DNA from: the human T2T-CHM13v2.0 reference genome, Homo sapiens | Length of the DNA stretch: 64,000 nt | Reading direction: 5' to 3' (one strand) | Assembly (NCBI RefSeq): GCF_009914755.1 | Contig: NC_060939.1 | Part shown: in pieces, positions 37,756-64,000 of the stretch | Layout: every line of letters starts with the position of its first letter | How positions within the stretch are numbered: the first letter of the stretch is position 1 | Notes under the pieces: model-generated | What the model saw: only the letters and a program-made list of their open reading frames with translations | Told to the model about the DNA's origin: nothing | Database searches by the model: none | Made by a program: the position numbers and the translations under genes

Positions 37756-37816
37756 CCAACCTTATTCTCTGGCCCACATTTTTTCCATTTTTATTGCAGT
37801 ACTTCTGACAAATTGA

Positions 37817-38158
<342 letters not shown>

Positions 38159-38415
38159 TGATCTACCTGCCTCAACCTCCCAAAGTGCCCAGCTATCAAT
38201 GGGTTTTATAGGGAAGCTGGCATTCATTAAAAGTAAATATTCACCAGGCGCACTTTGGGAGGCTGAGGTGGGCAGATTGCTTGAGCCTGGGAGTTCTAGA
38301 CCAGCCTGAGCAACATGGCAAAACCCCGTCTCTACTAAAAATACAAAAATTAGCTGGCCATGGTGGCGTGGTGCCTGTAGTCCCAGCTACTTAGGAGGCT
38401 GAGTCGGGAGAATCA

Positions 38416-38688
<273 letters not shown>

Positions 38689-38756
38689 TCAGCAGCGTGA
38701 GAGCATTGCAGGTTTGGGGAATCACAAGTAATTAACTATTGTTATGGACTGATAAG

Positions 38757-39199
38757 TGTATTAGTTTCCTAGGGCTGCTGTAACAAAGTACCACAAATTA
38801 GGTGACCTAAACAACAGAAATTTATTATCCCATACCTGGAGGCTAAAAGCCCGAAATCAAGGTGTTGGAAAGACTACATTCCCTCTGAAGGCTTTACAGG
38901 AGAATGCTTACTTACCTCTTTAAGATTCTGGTGGCTCTAGGTGTCTTTTGCCTTGTAGCTCATTACTCTAATCTCTGCCTCTGTCTTCACATGGACTTCT
39001 TCCCCATGTGTGTCTCTGTCACTGTGTGCTCTCTCCTCTTACAAGGATACAAGTCATTGGATTTAGGGCCTACTATAATCTAATATAACCTCATCTTAAA
39101 CTGATTACACCTGTAAAGATTATTTCCAAATAAGGTTGTATTCACAGATTCCATGAACGTGGACATTGATTTTGGGGGGATACTACTCAACCCAGTACA
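38757..39199 (-). mobile_element. MLT1-family (MaLR) solo LTR inserted in an L2 relic
   Basis: TGTATTAGTTTCCTAGGGCTGCTGTAACAAAGTACCACAAA...gtcattggatttagggcc...CAACCCAGTACA; near-TSD ataag/gtaag. Confidence 0.85.
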
Positions 39200-39466
39200 G
39201 TAAGCAACACCTGATCATGAAAGATTTTTTGTCTTATGCTAATGAGTTTAGGTTTTGCCCTAAAGTAGGCAAAGAAGGGTTCTGGAAGAATTTTAACAGA
39301 AGATTGGCATGGCTTCCATGCCTACGTAGAGAATGGATTGGAGGGAAGAGTAAGTAAGATTAGAAGCTGAGAAATTGCCAAGGTAGTCATTGCAATAGCA
39401 CCATGGAAAGATGATGCCAGCCCAAATTAGTATTAAAGCACTAGTGGAGCAGTAGAGAGTTATTTA

Positions 39467-44237
<4,771 letters not shown>

Positions 44238-44356
44238 CATTTCTTATTTTTTTCTATTAGAATTTTATATGCCTGGCAATGTCCCAACTCATAACAGTAA
44301 AAATACCTTATATTTAAATAGAATTTTAGTTTTCAAGGCAGTAGCTCTATGAAATA

Positions 44357-45581
<1,225 letters not shown>

Positions 45582-46763
45582 TAGATTAGGCCAGTATTAT
45601 TATAGTCTTTGACAAATGAGGATACTGAAGCAGGCAAAGGTAAAATGGATTGCCCTGAAATATGAAGCTAGGTGATGACAGAGATGGAACTAGACTTCTG
45701 GTTTTCAGAGTGCTCTTTCCCCTCTACTGTTCAGGCTTCAGACGTTTCTCTACTTTACTTAAAAGCAAATGATTATCAGCATTTAGGCATAATCATTTCT
45801 ACTTTGGTAGTTTCACTATTAGCTGCCATTTCTCTATTGTGTTAAGGTGCACTACACCTTTTCTCCCCTCTTGAAGGTCAGGTTTCCTTGCTTTGGCTCC
45901 TAATTGTTTCATAGTTCATGTCTGTAAACGCCATTAGAACAAGTGCATGGGAATCCGCTTCTGCTCCAGGATGATCAAACCCTTAGATGTCTGTTCTTCT
46001 CATTGAGTTTTCTGCAATTTAGGTGTCTTGCTTTTCCAAAGTAGAAAACTAAACAACTTGCCTTCTGCTAAGGGAATCAGAGTGTTTACATTTCTCTCAT
46101 CCTATTTGGATCTGTTATTCAAATTTTCTCACAGAAGCGAAAGAATGAGCAGCATCTAGTACACAGTCACTTTATTTTAATCCCACAGAAATAAAGTAGG
46201 TGGTTTTGCCACATTTGTGGGACCATTTTCCCAGTAATTCTTCAGGTTATTTGGCCTAGAGGGAAGATATACATTGGTTCATTCCCCATATCGTGCACCT
46301 ACTGTGTGCCTGGCACTCTTCCAATTTATCTATATTGGGAAACCAAGGATATGAAAAATTCATGACCCCATTTTCCATTATAAGAATGGGATAAGAGGGA
46401 TATATTATCAAGGTACTTTATTTAATTTGGTGGGAGGGGAAAGAGAAACATCTTTTTGTAATCCTTGGAAAGTAGCAATTAAATTCTCCTGAATACATTC
46501 TGTTATTCTCTTTACAGGTTTTTTCAAACTAGTCCACAAGTTGTTTAATAATCCTCAAAGAAAACCCCAAATACAATTTAAAAATGCAAATGGAGCCGGG
46601 CATGGTGGCTCATGCCTGTAATCCCAGCACTTTGGGAGGCCGAGGTGGGCAGATCACAAGGTCAAGAGATCGAGACCATCCTAACATGGTGAAACCCCAT
46701 CTCTACTAAAAATACAGAAATTAGCTGGGTGTGGTGGCACGTGCGTGTAGTCCCAGCTACTCA

Positions 46764-46940
<177 letters not shown>

Positions 46941-47436
46941 TTACTTAAATTATTTTAAATAAATAAAAAGTAACATTCTTGGGAGTTGTGTGTAGATGAG
47001 GATTTTTCTGTCAGGTTGGAGAACAAATCAACTAATCTTCTAGGGAAAGGTTAGCCTTTGACTCAAGGGCAAGGATTTCCATATCTCTAATATGATTTAT
47101 ATGCCTTGAAAATATAGGATTTGTATTGGAGAAGCACCAAGACTGGTCAGGGTTCCAAATCTGAGTTGTAGGGATCAGGTGAAAAGCAGTCAAGAGTTGA
47201 GAGAGATGACTTGTCGCTATTCTGATGGAGGAGAAATTAGTGGACAGAGTTCATCCTCAAGTGAAAAGTATTGTGAGAGAAAAGTGTTTTTGACAAAAGA
47301 TACTGCTCTTGAGAAGGCATCATCTATAGACCTCTTGGTTCAACTGGATAATTTGCTATAGGATTTGTTATATATTATGGGATATTCCAGGAAACTAGAA
47401 TTTATATCCTTCCCACTAAATTTCTATTTGTTTAAG

Positions 47437-47561
47437 GGTGGAGGGCAGATCCTGGTACACCCCCCACAGAGGACGACTTTGGATAGCAGCCACAGCTAAA
47501 AAACCCTCCCCTCAAGAAGTCTCAGAACTCCAGGCTACATATCGTCTTCTTCGTGGGAAAG
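47437..47561 (+). CDS. TRIP4: TRIP4 exon 10, ASCH domain (RVEGRSWYTPHRGRLWIAATAKKP...)
   Basis: Acceptor tttaag|, donor AAG|GTAACA; 125 nt. Completes GIKRVEGR. Confidence 0.96.
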
Positions 47562-48173
47562 GTAACAGCCGCATATTCTCCTTTCAATTTTACTTTATGG
47601 AGAGAAGTCATTGACGTTCATCTTCTTTCACTTCCTTCTTTCTTTGGCTTTTTCTTTGTTAAAAGAGACTTTTAATCTTTGTATATGTTTGTTTGTTTAG
47701 TGGTAAATCATTGACAGCGTTCAAAGCATTAATCTGTCAAAACAGTGCAAATAAAAATATCAATTTCCAACACAAGAAATCAACTAGTCTTAATTTTTTT
47801 ATCTGAGAAAATCATCTTCTTTACTCTAAAGGTAAAATGACTAGTGTAAACTCTGAGATCCTTACATTGGGAAGAACAACCACAAATAGGAATTTTCATT
47901 GAGAGTGGCCTAAATAGACACCTACTATTGGATTTGTACAAATCAAAGTTGATTGATTTAAGCAACGTATTTTGGGAATCACCCCAAGAATACTAACTTT
48001 GGATCCTTAAAAAGACTTCTGACCTTTGGGCATCCTGTTTTTCCTTTGTGTTATCCAGCTCATACAGTTGTTTTGAGGGTAGAATAAAAGGACAACTACA
48101 CAACCATCTTTAAAGGTTTTTAAGAAACAAGGCTTAAAGAATCACTAGGAATAAAAAGTTCATGCTTCCTTAA

Positions 48174-48401
<228 letters not shown>

Positions 48402-48945
48402 TGAACTCCTGACCTCAAGTGATCTGCCTGCCTTGGCCTCCAAAAGTGCTGGGGTTATAGGTGTGAGCTACTGAGCCCGGCCTAAAAGCACACTTCTATT
48501 CCTATTGATATGGACTGGCTTGTTTTAAAGACATTCATTCTTATGGTTTTAACCACATTTTGATGTTTTTTTTTTCTTGTCACCTGTAACTGCCTTACTT
48601 TGCTTCCAAAACTCATCACTGCCAAACTCCAATCTGATCCAATGGCGTATAGTAGAATCGATTTGTATTAGGATGAATTTGTGGGGTCCTTGAACTTTGA
48701 TGGTATGAGGGCAAAGGAAAAATTTTCTAGCTTAACATGTGGATAGTGGACTAAGCCAGCCACTCACTAGATTTTTTTGCTAAAATGCAAACAGTTGTGC
48801 CAAGTAAATTTCACTGTTTTCCTTATGTCTACAAATAGATAATGGAAAAAGTTATTAATGTTTGTTCAGAATTGAAAACAGATTCCTGAGTTCCAAGATC
48901 ACAAAGAAGGAAATTTATTCAATATTTTTGTTATTCCTGATTCAG

Positions 48946-49037
48946 ATGTGGAATTTCCTAATGACTATCCGTCAGGTTGTCTTCTGGGCTGTGTGGACCT
49001 AATTGACTGCTTGTCCCAGAAGCAATTTAAGGAGCAG
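48946..49037 (+). CDS. TRIP4: TRIP4 exon 11, ASCH domain (DVEFPNDYPSGCLLGCVDLIDCLSQKQFKEQ)
   Basis: Acceptor gattcag|, donor CAG|GTGAGT; 92 nt. Cumulative CDS is 1575 nt with no stop; further exons lie beyond 64000. Confidence 0.96.
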
Positions 49038-49301
49038 GTGAGTAAAGAATACTTTTTTTTTTTAGAGACAGGGTTTCGCCATGTTGGCCAGGCTGGTCTT
49101 GAAAGCACTTTAAGAGGCTGGGCCTCTTAAAAGTGCTGGGATTATAGGCATGAGCCACCACACCCAGCCTGGTGCATATAAATATCTGTATAAAAAGCTG
49201 TTTCCAGGCCGGGCGCTGGTGGCTCAGGCCTGTAATCCCAACACTTTGGGAGGCCGAGGCAGGTGGATCACAAGGTCAGGAGATCAAGACCATCCTGGCT
49301 A

Positions 49302-49520
<219 letters not shown>

Positions 49521-49886
49521 CTAGCAAGTATATAGGGTCTTCATCCCTTACCAAAACCTTGCTTCTTTTGAAGAAACCCTTGATTATCCCTTGAATTATT
49601 TTGATTGGGGGGTGGGAATACTAGGATCTGTTATTGCTAATTCTGGAGCTTTTGGTCCAGGCTATTGAACTCATGATAGGCAAATGTATTTGACTCTGAT
49701 TGCCAGGACTGTGCCATATTTGGGAGGAGGTATGTGTATTTATGTATGAATGTACATATGTATGAATGTACATATGTATGCATTTATATATTTTAATTTT
49801 TATCACTAAAGATTGAACTGACAGGTCGGGCGCAGTGGCTTACACCTGCAGTCCCAGCACTTTGGGAAGCCAAAGCGGGTGGATCA

Positions 49887-50183
<297 letters not shown>

Positions 50184-52421
50184 TCATGAGGTCAGGAGAT
50201 CAAGACTATCCTGGCTAACACGGTCAAACCCCATCTCTATAAAAATACAAAAAAAATTGCTGGGTGTGATGGCACGCGCTTATAGTCCCAACTATTCGGG
50301 AGGCTGAGGCAGGAGAATTTCCTGAACCCAGAAGGCAGAGGTTGCAGTAAGCCGAGATCATGCCACTGCGCTCCAGCCTGGGCAACAGAGCAAGGCTCTG
50401 TCTCAAAAAAAAGAAAAAAAAAAGATTGAACTGATGTAACTAAAGTACATTTTTGAGCAGCAGAGGGAGCCGAAATACTTTAACTTAATTAGAAAATTCC
50501 TGAAATGTAAGACCTTTATGTTTAGACACAGAACTAGCAGAAATCCAAAACAGGAAAAGTCCATCCTTGAAGCACAAACAGTCTTACCTATCAGTATGGT
50601 TTTCCTGTTCTTTGAACAGTTGCTTTAGATAATAGGGCTTCCACCAGTGTGCTGAAGAAAAAGAGCTTCAGTTTCATTTTTCCCAGCAAATTCTCTTTTT
50701 CAGACTTACTTACCTTTCATTACTGTTATTACTGTCTACTGTTTTCCTTTACTGTTCCCAGCCATTTTACCCTCTCTATTCTTTACTCTTTATTTATTTT
50801 TTTTGGAAACTGGGTCTCACTCTGTCGTCCAGGCTGGAGTGCCAATCTTGGCTCACTGCAACCTCTGCCTCCTGGGCTTAAGTGATCCTCCCACCTCAGC
50901 CTCCCAGTAGCTGGGACTACAGGCACCACACCACCATGCCCAGCTAATTTTTGTATTTTTAGTAGAGACAAGATTTCACCATGTTGGCGAAGCTGGTCTT
51001 GAACTCCTGGCCTCAAGTGATCCACCTGCCTCAGCTTCCCGAAGTGCTTTGATTATAGGTGTGAGCCACTGTGGCCAGCCTACTGACTGATTTTAACTAA
51101 CACTTGTTATCCCTCTAGATTTATGTCTTTCATTTCCTTGTGAGTTACCTCCTCTGCCTCCTCTGATTATGTGTGTGAGTACAATGCATGCATTTTGGTG
51201 TGAATTTTGAGTTCTAGCGTTTTGTTCTTCCCTTAGTATCTGATCCAGACCTAGGCAAAACCATAGACACATGGAGGCTATCCCCCACACTCTTGTGCCT
51301 GCACTATCCCTCTGAGCTTTTTGCCCATTTTTTTCAATGTCTACTTTCTTCCTCCCCCCTCTTTTTTTTTCCCCCAGTCTAGAAGTAATATTATAAAAAT
51401 ACCTTACACTGGTGTAGGCTTTACAGTTTTAGAGATTCACAGTCGTTAACAGCTTAGTATAACATACTGCATTATGTTTTCTTCCTGGGATATGTATTTG
51501 CGTTCTAAAAGAGAACCCAGGAGCATCTGGCAATGTGGATGATGGTTTTTGGCAAGCGGCCTTGCTTTATTTTCTCATCTATTGATCAAGCAAACTACCA
51601 CCTGATACAAGGTCAAATGATTTCAATCTCTAGATAGCCAATCTTCTTTGTGCCACAAATTTGTGTAGAGAAGGGTAGGAAACTATAATCCTGATCTATG
51701 GAATACTATGAAGGTTACAGGAATTAGAAATCTAATTAAAACAAGTCTTGTTGATTTCTGAAGGATACCTCTTTTTCATGATACTTCTCCTTTAACTTAT
51801 ATTGTATCTCATTTCCTGAGGTTGCTTTGAACAGCATGTAGAAGTGCAGGAATCCTCCCATATGTTTCCAGCTAGAGGTGCTGGCAACTCTCTTTATGAA
51901 TGTCTCTGATATATAACATTAAAATATAACAGAAGCCACTAGGCTTCATCAGACATGGGAATCCCATACCCATTTTCCCTATGGTTGGCTTTTCTGTAAC
52001 TTTTTCCCACTGTTTCTTTTTTCTTTTTTTTGAGACGGAGTCTCACTCTGTTGCCCAGGCTGGAATGCAGTGGTGCAATCTTGGCTCACTGCAACCTCTG
52101 CCTCTCAGGATCAAGCGATTCTCTTGCCTCACCCTCCTGAGTAGCTGGGATTACAGGCACATACCACCACACCTGGCCATTTTTTTTTGTATTTTTAGTA
52201 GAAGCAGGGTTTCACCATGTTGGTCAGGCTGGTCTCGAACTCCTGACATCAGGTGATACACCCGCATTGACCTCCCAAAGTGCTGGGATTACAGGTGTGA
52301 GCCACTGTGCCTGGCCTCCACTGTTTCTTTTCTGTGTTTAAGGGTAGCATATGAATTTATTTAGAATTGATGTTAGCCCTATTTTTATCTTATTTATTGA
52401 GTAAAGAGTTTATCAGTTTTA

Positions 52422-52720
<299 letters not shown>

Positions 52721-52837
52721 TCAAAAAAAATAAAATAAAAATAAAAAAAGAAATGTAGTTGTCTAATCTATTATACCAGCCTCATTCTTGTTTTCTGAAT
52801 GAATGAGTTGAGAGTTTAGGAATAATGGCTCTTGACT

Positions 52838-53015
52838 AGCATTTACCAAACTATTCCATGGCATAGGTGTTCTCTGAAACACAAATTTGGGAAATACCTT
52901 TGGATTAAACAGATCTGTTTACTATAGAACATCTCAGAGCCCTTAATATGCTAGTGTGGATTATGACTCTCTATGAGGTGGATATAACATGCAGTGTTCT
53001 CAAAACTTTGAGCAT
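52838..53015. mobile_element. Possible ancient hAT-Charlie-type DNA transposon fragment
   Basis: ctcagagcccttaatatgctagtgtg...gatataacatgcagtgttctcaaa resembles a recalled MER/Charlie consensus; not verified. Confidence 0.4.
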
Positions 53016-53799
53016 AAATTAATCCCCCACCCACACATGCACTACCTATTTACATACTACAGAACTGGTATCATGGTATTTACAGTTTAGGAGTGTTAGT
53101 CTAAGTATGCTTGATTTTTCTGTATTCTCATAGGTCAACTCACTGAGAGAGAACCATCTAGGAAGTAGTTTCCTAACTGTGACCTGTGCCTTCCCTTCAG
53201 TATCTCCATATTCATTTATCACCCAGTTGAATTGCATTTTCTTTGAAAACTAATGTGGATCTAGTAATTTTTACTTCAACTGAAACTAACTTCCTGTGTG
53301 ACTTGGACCACATTTTGCCTTTACATGCTGTTCCTTTTTCTTTTCCCCCCAAAATTCAGTAATTTACTTCTGACCTCACATTCTTGGCCTTTCTTTGATA
53401 AGTTAAAATACACTAAACCCTCACTATTTTTGGCATAGTGTGATCATTTAGTCCTCTTAAAAAAAGAAAATCGAAAAGGTTTTGTTAGTGGTTGTTTTAA
53501 AATCAAGTGCACTACACTGTTAAATGGCTTTAAAAATATGTGCTTTCTCCTGAGCCATGAACTAGTCTTCCTTTTTATCTTCTAAGATTAGTATGGCCAA
53601 CATGACTAATTTGTGCCAGAAAAAATTCCTCTAGATCCTCAACCCTCCTGAGTAATGGCAGAGGATCAGCCTAGAGAAGGTAGAAGTGATATAGAAAAGG
53701 CTATGGGTTCAACTCAGGGTAAAAAGGTAGATGAGAGCCATCTCGTTAAAGCTTCTCCTGTGATTCCCCTGGAAGGAGCCCATGCTGTTTGCCAGCATT

Positions 53800-53967
53800 T
53801 TATCTGCCAGCAGCAGATGTAAGCTCTCAAAAACAGCAGGGAGGATGTTGACTGCAACAATGCATCAAGGCTGTGGTTTGTAACCTCAATAGTAAGGCAG
53901 TTAAAACTTTTTTTTTTTAACAAAGACATTTTGATTGCCAAATCCATAACCATTAGCAGCTGTGGTT
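53800..53967. promoter_or_regulatory. Candidate intronic enhancer (E-box/GATA composite, RUNX, MYB and SOX motifs)
   Basis: Minus-strand CATCTG-N8-AGATAA at 53819-53800; TGTGGTT at 53872 and 53961; CAGTTA at 53898; lies in an Alu-free island. Motif evidence only. Confidence 0.4.
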
Positions 53968-54826
53968 TGAACAGTTCTCTAGACCTAACAAGTTTTCAAA
54001 CAAAAAGTTGAGTTGGTGGCTTTTGTTTCTACGTGTCTGTGTTGTGTTTGTGCTATTTATATCCCTGCCTTCAATAGAAAATCTGATTTGTCTGAAATCT
54101 CCAAGGTCATTGATTATTCTATTTCTTCTGAACTGAATCCATTCCTTTCCTGCCAGCTTACTGACCCTTTAGTCTATTTGATCTTACAGCTTTTACAATA
54201 GCCAAGACCCTATCTTCAAGGAATTATGCTGAAGCAGTTATACTGCTGGGTGCCTGTTTCCAATAATTGACGGCAGTAGACTTGTAGTCTTCCAATAGGG
54301 AAGAGAATATTACTTCTTCCTTTTTCTAGAAAAGTATCTTCAGGATCTAGGAGAATTTGCTGGAAGAAAAGTAAGCAATTTTTAAAACTTTAAAAAAAAA
54401 AGAGTATCCAAGCAACATAGATCTTCAGGAAGATTCCAAGTATCACTTCGTTTGTGGAAATCATCAGCTTCTATCACCAATGAATTGTCTGTGAGTCTGA
54501 GAGATGAGAAATTAGAAAATGAAGGATTTAATAGTCAGTATTCAAACCAGGCACTGGAATTCAAAATGCAGTCCACAAATTCTCTTTTAAAATATGTGAA
54601 AATGTCCTGTCTGTTGTACTGAGAAAATCTGCCAATATATAGACCTCAAAATATTCCGATAACAGCCCTCACGATGAGGGCTGTTATCTGAGACTCAACA
54701 AGAAGAAAAATTGTTATGTTACTAACAACTAGCTTAACCCTGGACAATTCATTAAAATCACAGCTCACTTGAGTGAGATATAGGGAATGTAGTTTTGGAA
54801 TTCTCTTGAAGACTGGAACATTGACA

Positions 54827-63660
<8,834 letters not shown>

Positions 63661-64000
63661 TAATAATAAATATAAAATAAAATGTGACATCCAGAGCTTA
63701 TTCACATTCTTCACCTCCCTTCTCTTATTCTTTCTCTGGGTAATCTGCATTTTAGTTTTCTGACTTTCAGACCAGATATCCCTTACTTGTGAGGATACAA
63801 TGTAAGTATATAGTGGCTTGTTAGTATGTAATGTGGTCTTTAGTGTCCAGGCCCTGGTTATGGGGATTGTGGTTGTCTTTTTTTTTTTTTTGGAGGTACT
63901 GAGGCTCTGCCAAGCTAACTTCGTTTTAATGCATTTGATAATGAAAAATAATCTCTTCTTCCAATGCATAGGCTTTACTTTATTCCTTGTAGGCCACTTT

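Overview
This is primate, almost certainly human, genomic DNA. It holds two head-to-head protein-coding genes, both recognised from spliced translations. (1) PCLAF (KIAA0101/PAF15) lies on the minus strand: coding exons 1-3 at 4790-4745, 4457-4377 and 324-162, including the PIP box QKGIGEFF and a KEN box; the last exon is left of the window. (2) TRIP4 (ASC-1) lies on the plus strand: coding exons 1-11 from 11285 to 49037 give 1575 nt = 525 codons with consistent phases, including the C2HC5 zinc finger and most of the ASCH domain; the remaining exons are right of the window. Each gene has its own CpG-rich promoter. The rest is intron or intergenic DNA with roughly 100 Alu segments (counted by eye), plus MLT2 and MLT1 LTRs, a Tigger3a-type MITE, MER30 and L1/L2/MIR relics. 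Nearly all supplied ORFs are Alu artefacts. I found no prokaryotic system, CRISPR array or structural RNA gene, and I cannot claim a wholly new biological system. The best leads are an exact CATCTG-N8-AGATAA (E-box/GATA) element with RUNX and MYB motifs in TRIP4 intron 11, inverted Alus bracketing PCLAF exon 3 and TRIP4 exons 2 and 7, candidate antisense splice donors at the TRIP4 promoter, unusual TRIP4 acceptors, and three hairpins in intron 11.
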